Part shown: positions 9,081 through 17,610 of the stretch, piece after piece | How positions within the stretch are numbered: the first letter of the stretch is position 1 | Layout: each line of letters opens with the position of its first letter | Origin: Planctomycetota bacterium | Lineage (GTDB): Bacteria; Planctomycetota; UBA1135; UBA2386 | NCBI GenBank assembly: GCA_947501605.1 | Contig: CANMWZ010000034.1 | Span: forward strand, 1 to 48,584 | Direction of reading: 5' to 3' | DNA: 48,584 bases | Position numbers and translations under genes: made by a program | The notes under the pieces: generated by a model | Databases searched by the model: none | The model's input: the letters and a program-made list of their open reading frames with translations, nothing else | What the model was told of the DNA's origin: nothing

Positions 9081-10079
9081 ATGACGGACCCGGTCACCAT
9101 CCGCGCCTATCGAAAGGGCGACGAGCAGCAGTTGCTGGCGGGCTACAACGCCGTGTTCGAGAAGCAGCGGTCGCTCGAACATTGGAACTGGCAGTTCCGC
9201 GACAACCCGGTCGGCGCCGTGCACATCGCCGTTGCTGAGCACGAGACGGCAGGCATTGTTGGCAGCTACACCAGCATGCCCGTGCGCGTGCAGATGGACG
9301 GCGAAGAACTCGTGGCTGCCCAAGGCCTCGACATGTGGGTGCTCCCCGACTTCCGCCGCCACGGCGCGCGTCCGGGCCTGTTCGTGCACATCGGCTGGAA
9401 GATGTACGAGATCTTCGGCGGCACAGGTCCTGGCCAAGCGCGGTTCCACTACGGCTGGCCGATCCCCAACTGGCGCATCGGCCAGAAGTACCTCCGCTAC
9501 GAGAACATTCGCGACTGGGACTTCCTGTTCCGCATCGTGCCGCCGGGTGGTTTGCCGAAGCGGCCGGTGTCGAACGAACTCGAAGTGCGTCGCGTGGCCC
9601 GCGTCGGCGCCGAGGTCGACGCGTTGTGGCAACGGCAGAAGAACGAAGTAGCCCTGTCGATCGTTCGCGACCAGCGCTACCTCAACTGGCGCTACGCCGA
9701 CTCGAAGGCAGCAAAGTACGAACTGCTCGAGTGCCGCGAACGCAGCAGCGGTGCGCTGCGCGGGGTCGCGGTGTGGACGCAGAGCGACTTCCTGTTCCCG
9801 CGAGCCGGGCAACTGGTCGACTGGCTGTGCCCTGCCGACGACGACGACGCGATGCACGCGCTGGTCGCCGAGGCCGAGGCGCTGACCAACGAACGCGGCT
9901 GCCCGGTCCTGGCGACGCTGTTCCCGCAGATGAACCCGCGCTTCCTGAAGTTCCAGGCGCTGGGGTTCCAGGTCTACGGCACGACCTACTTCCTGGTCGT
10001 CATTCCGTTCGACAGCCACGGCACGCTGTTCTATCGCGAGCAGTGGTACCACACGTCGGGGGACAGCGACCTGCTGTGA
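9081..10079 (+). CDS. GNAT family N-acetyltransferase
   Basis: IRAYRKGD..., W.WQFRDNP, D.WVLPDFRRHG acetyl-CoA-binding motif, YGWP and RDQRYLNWRY. Confidence 0.8.
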   Translation: MTDPVTIRAYRKGDEQQLLAGYNAVFEKQRSLEHWNWQFRDNPVGAVHIAVAEHETAGIVGSYTSMPVRVQMDGEELVAAQGLDMWVLPDFRRHGARPGLFVHIGWKMYEIFGGTGPGQARFHYGWPIPNWRIGQKYLRYENIRDWDFLFRIVPPGGLPKRPVSNELEVRRVARVGAEVDALWQRQKNEVALSIVRDQRYLNWRYADSKAAKYELLECRERSSGALRGVAVWTQSDFLFPRAGQLVDWLCPADDDDAMHALVAEAEALTNERGCPVLATLFPQMNPRFLKFQALGFQVYGTTYFLVVIPFDSHGTLFYREQWYHTSGDSDLL

Positions 10080-10115
10080 GTGGCTGTGGGTGGTGCGGCT
10101 CGCGGGGCTGGTCCC

Positions 10116-10781
10116 TCACTGCGCGGCCGGCGCGGACCTCATGGCAAGTTGTGCGCGCGCTTCCCGGCGGCCTGTCCACAGCAAGAACGCAGTCAGGAGG
10201 AAGACGCCTGTTGCAAAGGTGCCGAGCAACACCGATCCGAACCGCGGCCAACTGTAGGTCATGAAGTTGGCGATCTGCTTCTGTCCGAACACGACCGGCA
10301 TGAACGGTTCCATGCGCATCGGTGCCTTCGGGTCGAGGTTGTGGCCGAACTCCCACAGCATGAAGATGAATCGAGCCAGCGCGACCATCGTCACGTAGGC
10401 GGTGATCATCGACAGGTCGATCAGTGCACGGACGTTGCCGAGCGCCGCGCACCGCAGGGTGAGGAGCGCGATCGCTACCAAGCCGAACGGCATCCAATCG
10501 AGGTCGCGAAGCTCTTCGCGCGTGATGCGCGCCATGCCGATGTAGTGGTTCAGCGTGTTGATCTCGGCGAGGTCATGTCCGGCGTTGCCGGCCGTGAGTC
10601 GGGAGGCGTGGATGTCGAGCCAAAGTCCCTTCGGGTACTGCGGCGCCGTCATGCTGATGCGCCACAACGGGAACAAGAAGCTCGCCAGCAACGGCACGAC
10701 CAGCAGCACGAGCAGGAGTCGTGAACGACCGCGAAGAGGCATGTCGAGATAGTCCGGAAATGACGACGCGCGGTGGTTCAT
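10116..10781 (-). CDS. nosB: NosB-type membrane protein of clade II nos clusters
   Basis: PLWRISM.APQYPKGL, EINTLNHYIGM, FGHNLDPKAP and KQIANF...SWP signatures; about four TM helices. Confidence 0.85.
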   Translation of the reverse strand: MNHRASSFPDYLDMPLRGRSRLLLVLLVVPLLASFLFPLWRISMTAPQYPKGLWLDIHASRLTAGNAGHDLAEINTLNHYIGMARITREELRDLDWMPFGLVAIALLTLRCAALGNVRALIDLSMITAYVTMVALARFIFMLWEFGHNLDPKAPMRMEPFMPVVFGQKQIANFMTYSWPRFGSVLLGTFATGVFLLTAFLLWTGRREARAQLAMRSAPAAQ

Positions 10782-10810
10782 GGCAGTACTCGAGGCGGCG
10801 CAACGCTCGC

Positions 10811-11650
10811 TCAGACGAGGTCGCGGTTGCGGAAACGCGATAGGGCATGGAGCCAAGCGGTGGCGCCGAGCAGTAGGGGCCAGCAAGTCCCGAGCAGGAA
10901 CAGGCCCGTCGAGCCGATGCGGTTGGCGAGCCAGAACCCGACCGGCCCGAAGGTCGATAACTCAGGCTGTGCGGAAGCCAGAAGTGCGAGGCGTGCAGCT
11001 TGGACCGGGTTCGTTGCCGCCAGCGTGAAGACTGCAACGGGCGGCAGTCGCCACTGCAAGAGCAGGCCGACGAGTCCGAAGTCGAGGAACGCGACACTCG
11101 CGGCCCAGACCAGCACCGTGATCATCAGTGCCTTTGCTTGATTGCGAACGAATGTCGAGATCCAGAGGCCAGTGGCGACGAAGCAAGCGAGTAGCGATGT
11201 GCCGACGACCAGGGCGCGGAAAAGGAACTCCCACGGCACTCGCTGGTGGAAACAGGAGCTCCCGACGATCGCCATCAGGGGCATCGCCACGAGCAGCGGG
11301 ACGACGAGCGCGAGCAATCGCACGAGACTCGTGCCGCAGAACCACCCGGTCCGAGACACCGGATTGCTGAGCATCAGTTCGAGCGACCCGTCGTCGCGCG
11401 CCGAGTTCACGACCTGCGCGGTCGCGACCAATGCGAGCAGCGGCAGCAGGAAGATCAGTGCGTGGCTCAGCGACATCAAGGCGCGGCCCATCCCGGTGAA
11501 TCCGAGCACGGACGACTCTCGCAGTCCGACCAGGACGAACGCGGCGGCCAGCAGCGTGTGCACGAACAGGCAGGACAGCAGCCAGCGCGAGCGGCGCACC
11601 TCGGCGAAGTCGAGGCGCGCGACGATGGCGACCTGGGATCGGAGGCTCAT
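10811..11650 (-). CDS. nosY: NosY ABC transporter permease (Cu/CuZ maturation)
   Basis: About six TM segments; LPLLALV...DGSLELMLSNPVSR and NPVQAARL motifs; nos context; start overlaps the nosL stop. Confidence 0.88.
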   Translation of the reverse strand: MSLRSQVAIVARLDFAEVRRSRWLLSCLFVHTLLAAAFVLVGLRESSVLGFTGMGRALMSLSHALIFLLPLLALVATAQVVNSARDDGSLELMLSNPVSRTGWFCGTSLVRLLALVVPLLVAMPLMAIVGSSCFHQRVPWEFLFRALVVGTSLLACFVATGLWISTFVRNQAKALMITVLVWAASVAFLDFGLVGLLLQWRLPPVAVFTLAATNPVQAARLALLASAQPELSTFGPVGFWLANRIGSTGLFLLGTCWPLLLGATAWLHALSRFRNRDLV

Positions 11651-12105
11651 CGTCGCACGCCTTCGTTCCGTGGGTGGAGACAGCGGTCGCGCGCAGTTGC
11701 GAGATCGATCGCGCCAGCCGTTGCGCGCGGCACGGCACCGAGGCCGAAGCCCATCGGCGTCGCTTCGACCGCGACGAAGGCGACCTCGGCAGCCGAGATC
11801 CAGCCGTCTCCGCGCAGCTGGTGGAACCAAGTCGCGTGGACTTCACGGGGTTCGTCTGCCGCGAACTGGAACAGGCAGCCGGGGTCGTCGAACATCGCCA
11901 CGGTGCCGTCACGCAGCACCATCTGCGCAGCGAACGGCGGCTCGCCGAGGTGCATGCGGCAGTGAGCGCACGACGCCTTGTCCCACACGACTGGCACAGG
12001 ACTGTCGGGCAGGGTGACGCTGGCGAATCCGGCGAACGCGAGCGCGGTCGCGAGGATTGCGGCAATGCAGGCGAACAGGACGCGGTGCAGTCGGTGGGGG
12101 TTCAT
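11647..12105 (-). CDS. nosL: NosL copper chaperone
   Basis: CAHCRM, FDDPGCL and TPMGFG motifs; N-terminal membrane anchor. Confidence 0.88.
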   Translation of the reverse strand: MNPHRLHRVLFACIAAILATALAFAGFASVTLPDSPVPVVWDKASCAHCRMHLGEPPFAAQMVLRDGTVAMFDDPGCLFQFAADEPREVHATWFHQLRGDGWISAAEVAFVAVEATPMGFGLGAVPRATAGAIDLATARDRCLHPRNEGVRR

Positions 12106-12142
12106 CTCCGTGCTCCTGGGATGGTATTCGAGGTGTCGAAGC

Positions 12143-13021
12143 TCAACTCGCGACGGCGCGGACCTCGTTGCGTTCGAGGTCGCGGGCAAGCACGTCGACG
12201 ACGTCGCTGCCGAGTTCGCGGAAGGCTGCGGCAACGAGGTCTGCGCGGGAGTCCTGCGCGATTGCGCACTGCCACCAGCCGGTGCTGCCGAGGACGAAGC
12301 CGCGGGCTGTGAGCCAAGTCACTGCGCGTTCCCCGTAGGCCCGCAGTTCGACCACGGACTCCGTGTGCTCGGCGAGGTACAGACAGGATGCGCCCTGCCA
12401 GATCATGCGTCCGTCGGACAAGACCACGACGCGATCGACGTGCTGGCGGATCTCGTCGAGACGGTGCGAGCACAGCAGCACGGTCGGGCACTGTGGTAAC
12501 TCGTCGAGCACTCGGTAGAAGGCGGCGCGACTCTGTGGATCCATGCTTGCAGTCGGTTCGTCGAGGATCAGCAGGTCCGCATCGGTGGCGAGCGCCATTG
12601 CTGCCAGGACCTTCTGCCGCATGCCTCCGGACAACGCGCGGAACGGACGCCGTGCAATGCTCCTGAGGTCGAGTTCGAAGCGCTCGGCGACGGCGTCAAT
12701 GCGCCTGGTCTCGATGCCCCGCAGGTCGGCGACGGCATGGACCAAGTCGTGGACCGTGGCCCAGAGTCGAGGTGCGATCTGCGGTACGTAGGCGATCCTG
12801 CGCGCCAGCTCGTTGCGATGCGCTGCTGGGTCGAGCGTATCAAGGCGGATCGAGCCGTTGCCGGTGAGCATTCCCATCAGCAGGCGAACGAGAGTCGACT
12901 TGCCGGAGCCATTGGGACCGACCAAGGCGGTGCGGCTGCCGCTGGCGAGGACGAGGTCGATCCCGACGAGAGCATCGACCTTGGCGAAGCGCTTGCCGAC
13001 CCCGTGGAGTTCAACGCGCAT
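12143..13021 (-). CDS. nosF: NosF ABC transporter ATPase
   Basis: Walker A GPNGSGKS, signature LSGGMRQK, Walker B LILDEPT; lies between nosD and nosL/nosY. Confidence 0.9.
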   Translation of the reverse strand: MRVELHGVGKRFAKVDALVGIDLVLASGSRTALVGPNGSGKSTLVRLLMGMLTGNGSIRLDTLDPAAHRNELARRIAYVPQIAPRLWATVHDLVHAVADLRGIETRRIDAVAERFELDLRSIARRPFRALSGGMRQKVLAAMALATDADLLILDEPTASMDPQSRAAFYRVLDELPQCPTVLLCSHRLDEIRQHVDRVVVLSDGRMIWQGASCLYLAEHTESVVELRAYGERAVTWLTARGFVLGSTGWWQCAIAQDSRADLVAAAFRELGSDVVDVLARDLERNEVRAVAS

Positions 13022-14330
13022 GGTCAGGTTCCTGGTGCAGTGGCCGCGGGACGAAGCGCGGTTCCGGTTCGTAGAGAAGTGGCTGTTCGTCGCGCAACAG
13101 CAGGCGCGGAGCGAATAGCGGCAGCAGGTGGCCCATCAGGTCGACTGCATGCATCGCCGGGGCGCCGTGGAGGAGAGCGAGGTCGGGGTAGCGACCTTCC
13201 AGCTGGCTCGAGAGGCGGCGGTGCTCGAACGGCACGTCACCGACGCCGTCGTCGTTGAGGTCGTAGCCCTGATAGGTGTCGTAGTAGTTGCCTCTGAAGT
13301 CGCAGCCGAGAGCATCGCCGTCGCCACCGACCCCGATGAGAGCGCTGTTGTCGGCGAACAGGTTGGCGCGGAACTCGTTGCGGTTCGACTTCGCGTGCAG
13401 CAGCACGGCGGTGTCACAGAGGCGGAAGACGTTGTGGTGGAACCAGTCCCGGTGGGCGGGATCGAGGGGCGAGGTGTCGAGATAGACGCCGATCGTGTCC
13501 TGCACGAACCAGTTGTCCTCGACTCGTAGATTGCCTGACTCCTTGACGCCGAGGCCGATCCCGGCTGATCCAGCGGCGCGCGCGAGCAGGTTGCGTCGCA
13601 TCAGCAGGTCGTGGCTGTACATCACGAACACCCCGACGACGTCGTCGACGAAGGCGTTGTCCTCGCAGATGTTGTCGTGGCTGAACATGAAGTGCGTTCC
13701 GTAACGGCAGCGTTCGATGGTGTTGCTGATCACGCGATTTCGCGACGAGTACCAGACGACCACGTCGCGATGGTCGCGTACCACGTTGCCGCGCACGGTC
13801 GAGTCGTCGGTCTCCCACAGGCGAATGCCGTCGCCGCGCATTCCCATGGCCTCGTCTCCAGTCCCGAGGATCACGTTGTCGCGCACGACGACCCGCTTCG
13901 ATTGGTGCACCAGGACACCGAAGAGTGAGCGTTCGATGGTGATCTCGGCGACCTCGATGTCGCAGCCTGATACACGCACGGCGCTGTCCTGCAGGTCCAG
14001 GCGCGGGCCGCTGTTCCTGATGGTGAAGCCGGTGATCTTGCTGCCGTCGCCGCAGAGGTCGACCACGGTGCCGAGGCCGTTCCCGTCGATCACGGCCTCC
14101 ACCGGTCCCTGCAGCGTGACCGCACCTTCGATGCGAACCGGGCCGCGGTGTACGCCGGGCAGCAGGGTGAGAACGTCGCCGTCCACGGCGGCGTCGATGC
14201 GGGGCTGCAGTGGATCGCCGGGCGCGATCGCGACACCGCCGATCGGCAGCGCGCGTGGCGCGACCGGCGGCGGTGTCGCGTCGACGCACGCAGCAGCGAG
14301 CAGCAACAGAGTGTGGACGGGACGGTGCAT
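13011..14330 (-). CDS. nosD: NosD periplasmic beta-helix maturation protein
   Basis: RGDGIRLW, RYGTHFMFS, GVFVMYS and GNYYD.YQGYDLNDDGVGDVPF motifs; possible lipobox AAAC. Start moved to ATG 14330. Confidence 0.93.
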   Translation of the reverse strand: MHRPVHTLLLLAAACVDATPPPVAPRALPIGGVAIAPGDPLQPRIDAAVDGDVLTLLPGVHRGPVRIEGAVTLQGPVEAVIDGNGLGTVVDLCGDGSKITGFTIRNSGPRLDLQDSAVRVSGCDIEVAEITIERSLFGVLVHQSKRVVVRDNVILGTGDEAMGMRGDGIRLWETDDSTVRGNVVRDHRDVVVWYSSRNRVISNTIERCRYGTHFMFSHDNICEDNAFVDDVVGVFVMYSHDLLMRRNLLARAAGSAGIGLGVKESGNLRVEDNWFVQDTIGVYLDTSPLDPAHRDWFHHNVFRLCDTAVLLHAKSNRNEFRANLFADNSALIGVGGDGDALGCDFRGNYYDTYQGYDLNDDGVGDVPFEHRRLSSQLEGRYPDLALLHGAPAMHAVDLMGHLLPLFAPRLLLRDEQPLLYEPEPRFVPRPLHQEPDHAR

Positions 14331-14356
14331 GGCGTGCCTCGTGGTGCGCTCGGGGG

Positions 14357-16315
14357 TCAGCGCGGTTCGACGAGCAGGTAGCCCGCCATCTCGAGGTGCA
14401 GCGCCGAGCAGAACTCGGTGCAGTAGAACGGGTAGACGCCGGCTCTCTTGGCCGTGAACACGACGTTGCTGTGCTTGCCAGGTTCGAGGCTCAGGTTGAT
14501 GTTGTGCGAACCGATCGCGAGGCCGTGGGTCGCGTCGTGCGCCTGCTCGACGTTGGTCACGTGGAGGTGGACGACGTCGCCTTCCTTGACGCGCACGATG
14601 TCGGGTGTGAAGTGGCTGCGCACCGTGGTCATCCATACGTGCACCCCGTCGTCTTTACGTTCGATCCGCTCCTTGCCGGCGGTGACTGCGTCTTTGTCGA
14701 CTCCCTCGTGGAACGGGTTCGTGCCGATCGGTGAGTACACTTCGATGGGCTTCAACTTGTCCGCCTTGATCATCTGCGCGTAGTGCGGCTCGCCGAGCGG
14801 GATAGGCATGTCATAGAGACGCGTCATCTTTTGGCCGCCGATGTCGACGAGTTGGAAGTTCTGTGGCAGCAGCGGGCCGACCGGTGCGAAGCGATCGAGC
14901 GCCCACTTGTTCATCGCGATCAGGTACTTGCCGTCAGGGCTGACCGTGTCGCCCTCGGCCGCGCACAAGTGACCGATGTTGAAATGCGTGTCGATCTTGT
15001 CGATGAGCTTGAGATCCTTCAGCGACCACTTCGCGACCACCGATTCGATGAAGACCGAGGTGTAGGCGTTGCCTTGACCATCGAATTGCGTGTGGAGCGG
15101 ACCGAGTCCGATTTCGCACTGGCCGCGGATCGACTCCTTGAAGTCGAGAATCGGGATCCCGTAGGGGTCGCGGCCGATGAACTTCTTCTGCTCTGCGAGC
15201 GCGCGGATCTTCGCGATGCTGAAGACGGTGCAGTGCGTGTCGAGTTTGCCGCCGACGACGATGTCCTCGCCGTCCGGCGTGATGTCGACGCCATGGGGGC
15301 TCTTGGGCTCAGGCACCAGGTAGAGAAGACCCTCGTCGATCGCGGTCTGCATGCGGATGACGCGCATCTTCGCGATGGTCTCGGTCTTGCCCGCCTTGGC
15401 GACTTGCTCTGCCTTGCGCCAGTTGATGCAGTGCAAGTAGTCCATGTCGTTCTGCGTGGAGCCTGACTCGAGCGATGGCTTGCCCTCGAGAATCCCACCC
15501 CACGCGCGCTCGGTGTTGATCGAGTTGCAGAAGACCCAACCGTCGCTGCCCTTCTTGCCGGCATCGGCGAGGTCCTGCATGTAGGGCGGCAGTTCGATCG
15601 CGAACGACTGGTCCTCGACGATGCGGCCCTTCTCTTTGTCGAACTTCCAGAAGATCATCGCACCGCGGTACTCGGTGTCGAACTGCTCGAGCGGAGCGAA
15701 CCGACCGCCGAGCGGCGCCGGGTACTGCGACGTCTCGATGACGTAGTCCGTGTCCGGGGTGACGAATGCGGCCCCGTGTTCCGATTGCAGCAACTCGCTG
15801 GCGACGATCTGCTTGGTCATGAAGTCGCGCAGGTCGATCACCGCCATGCGCGGATTGGCCTTGTCCCCGATGAACAGGTAGCGACCGTCGTAGTCGCCAC
15901 CGCTCTCGCTGAGGGCCGGATGATGGGTGTCCGCCCAGGTGAGCGTGGTGCCGGCGCGGTCGCCGGCCTTCAGCACGTCGCCGCTCTCGTCGCCATATCC
16001 GTAGCCCTGCCAGGGCTCGGGTGTGAACACGGCGATGTACTTCAGGATGCGCATGCTCGGCACCCCGATCACGATGATGTTGCCGCCGTGGCCACCCGAC
16101 GCGAAGGTGTAGTAGTCGTCGTGACGCCCGGTGGGCATGTAGGTCTGCACTGCGGCCTGGACGTCGGCCTCGGACAGGTTGCGTTCTGCGACGATCGAGC
16201 GCACGTCGCTGCCGAGTGCGGACGGCGCAGCGCTGCTCCCGGGATCGCCGCAGGAGGCAGCAACTGCGACGGTCGCGACGCAGAGCCAAGGCAGGGAACG
16301 AGAACGAGTGGTCAT
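14357..16315 (-). CDS. nosZ: Nitrous-oxide reductase, clade II (Sec/lipoprotein signal, no Tat motif)
   Basis: All seven CuZ His present (DTHH, SEHG, SPHG, GPLH, NIGH, EPH). CuA site ATHG...CTEFCSALHLEM. Clade II features SGGHGG, GVPSMRILKYIAVFTPEPWQGYG and GPLLPQNFQL. Signal ends in AASC. Confidence 0.97.
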   Translation of the reverse strand: MTTRSRSLPWLCVATVAVAASCGDPGSSAAPSALGSDVRSIVAERNLSEADVQAAVQTYMPTGRHDDYYTFASGGHGGNIIVIGVPSMRILKYIAVFTPEPWQGYGYGDESGDVLKAGDRAGTTLTWADTHHPALSESGGDYDGRYLFIGDKANPRMAVIDLRDFMTKQIVASELLQSEHGAAFVTPDTDYVIETSQYPAPLGGRFAPLEQFDTEYRGAMIFWKFDKEKGRIVEDQSFAIELPPYMQDLADAGKKGSDGWVFCNSINTERAWGGILEGKPSLESGSTQNDMDYLHCINWRKAEQVAKAGKTETIAKMRVIRMQTAIDEGLLYLVPEPKSPHGVDITPDGEDIVVGGKLDTHCTVFSIAKIRALAEQKKFIGRDPYGIPILDFKESIRGQCEIGLGPLHTQFDGQGNAYTSVFIESVVAKWSLKDLKLIDKIDTHFNIGHLCAAEGDTVSPDGKYLIAMNKWALDRFAPVGPLLPQNFQLVDIGGQKMTRLYDMPIPLGEPHYAQMIKADKLKPIEVYSPIGTNPFHEGVDKDAVTAGKERIERKDDGVHVWMTTVRSHFTPDIVRVKEGDVVHLHVTNVEQAHDATHGLAIGSHNINLSLEPGKHSNVVFTAKRAGVYPFYCTEFCSALHLEMAGYLLVEPR

Positions 16316-16349
16316 GGGGCGGGTCTCCGGTTCAGGGTGGTGGAAGCGC

Positions 16350-16766
16350 CTAGCGCGCCGCGAATCCGCGGACGATCGCAACCAGGTGCTGCAGTAATTC
16401 GGTCTTGCCCTTCAGCTGCGGTTGCGCAGGCATCTGCGCGCTCTTGCCGACGGCGCCGCCGCCGAAGAGCACGGTCTTTTGGATCTGTTCATCCGTGACG
16501 GACGCTTGCCATGCAGGGTCGGAGAAGCTGCGTGGGCGCGGGTCGCACGCGGCAGCGCCGGGGCCGTCGCCGTGACCGGTGGTTCCGTGGCAGGTCACAC
16601 AGAGAGACTGGAAGGCCTCGTTGGCCTCCTTGCGCGCGGCCGGGATCCCGAACTGGCGTCCGGAACGTGAGCTTTCGCTGCTTTTGCCGCAGGAAGTGGC
16701 GAGCGCAGTCAAAGCAAGGAGCACGAGCGTGGTCGTGGAGAACAGGGTGCGGTTCGTAGGGATCAT
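16350..16766 (-). CDS. Monoheme c-type cytochrome lipoprotein (probable NosZ electron donor)
   Basis: Lipobox ATSC; CVTCHG..G.GDGP, P.PRSF and distal Met in SAQMP. Start moved to ATG 16766. Confidence 0.88.
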   Translation of the reverse strand: MIPTNRTLFSTTTLVLLALTALATSCGKSSESSRSGRQFGIPAARKEANEAFQSLCVTCHGTTGHGDGPGAAACDPRPRSFSDPAWQASVTDEQIQKTVLFGGGAVGKSAQMPAQPQLKGKTELLQHLVAIVRGFAAR

Positions 16767-16804
16767 GGTGTGTTCGGACGGTCTTGGACCGTGGGGGCGG
16801 GTGG

Positions 16805-17485
16805 TCAGCGCGCGAGCACGCGCGGGAACAGCACGTGGTTCTCGAGGTGGATGTGTTGCATCACGTCCCGCTCCAGTTGTTCGAGCCCCAGATAGAGGGC
16901 GCGCCATGTCGCGCAGGCCGAAGGCGGCGGCACGTAGTCGTGAGCAAGTCGGCGAAGGGCCTCGAGGTTCGCGCCGTGATCCTGGTGCTCGTGCTCCATG
17001 ACTTGGATCGGGCCGGATGCGTGGCCGCCGTGGCCTGCCCGGAGCATCGGGAACAGGACCTGCTCTTCCTTCTGCATGTGCCGTTCGAGTTCGTCGGCGC
17101 AGAACTCGAGATGAGCGGCGAGGCCGTTCGGGCGGTCGGCGCGGTCTGCATGCACGGCCTCGACCTTCCTCGCCATGGCGATGAGCCGCGGCAGTTCTGT
17201 CCGGTGCGCGTCGTGGTAGTGGCTGAGCAGATGGTCGATCAGCTCGCCCACCGGGCGCTCGTCCCACCGGATGCCATCCTCGGTGGGATTTAGCTCGCGG
17301 TGCAGTTCTGCGAGGAGTGCTTCGGGAGCCAGGTTTCGGGTCGCGCAGGCCTGCCGCAGCGTCTGGTGCCCTCGGCAGCAAAAGTCGAGGCCGTGGCGTT
17401 GGAACACGCGCGCTGCGCCGGCGAACCTCGTGGCGATTGCCGCCAAGGTCTCCTGCGGCTCGATCGGAATGGCGGGTTCGTTCAT
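16805..17485 (-). CDS. ytfE: Di-iron YtfE/Ric/DnrN/NorA-family protein
   Basis: ScdA_N motif GLDFCCRG plus hemerythrin-like motifs HYH..HR.ELPRL, HMQKEEQVLFP and HIHLENHVLFP. Confidence 0.93.
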   Translation of the reverse strand: MNEPAIPIEPQETLAAIATRFAGAARVFQRHGLDFCCRGHQTLRQACATRNLAPEALLAELHRELNPTEDGIRWDERPVGELIDHLLSHYHDAHRTELPRLIAMARKVEAVHADRADRPNGLAAHLEFCADELERHMQKEEQVLFPMLRAGHGGHASGPIQVMEHEHQDHGANLEALRRLAHDYVPPPSACATWRALYLGLEQLERDVMQHIHLENHVLFPRVLAR

Positions 17486-17496
17486 GCCCTGCAGTA

Positions 17497-17510
17497 GCAC
17501 GGGCCGTGCC
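17497..17510 (-). promoter_or_regulatory. sigma54 (-24/-12) promoter of the ytfE-nos operon
   Basis: Minus strand reads cGGCACGGCCCGTGCt, i.e. GG-N10-GC matching TGGCAC-N5-TTGC. It sits next to a GAFTGA-containing activator gene. Confidence 0.85.
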
Positions 17511-17549
17511 GCTTGTTTGGTCCTATGAAAGAAGGACTTGGGAGCGTCC

Positions 17550-17610
17550 GTTGTCGAGTCGACAACAGCATTGCGCTGCGAATCCGACAACACGTTGTGA
17601 CCATGGCAAC
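17550..17610. promoter_or_regulatory. Three NorR-type enhancer boxes (GT-N7-AC core)
   Basis: Site 1, 17550-17566 GTTGTCGAGTCGACAAC (perfect palindrome). Site 2, 17575-17591 GCTGCGAATCCGACAAC. Site 3, 17594-17610 GTTGTGACCATGGCAAC. Sites 2 and 3 each have one core mismatch. Confidence 0.8.

Noticed and set aside
17486..17602. FNR/DNR box (TTGAT-N4-ATCAA) upstream of the nos operon
   Set aside because: Looked for and not found; the palindromes here fit the NorR GT-N7-AC pattern instead.
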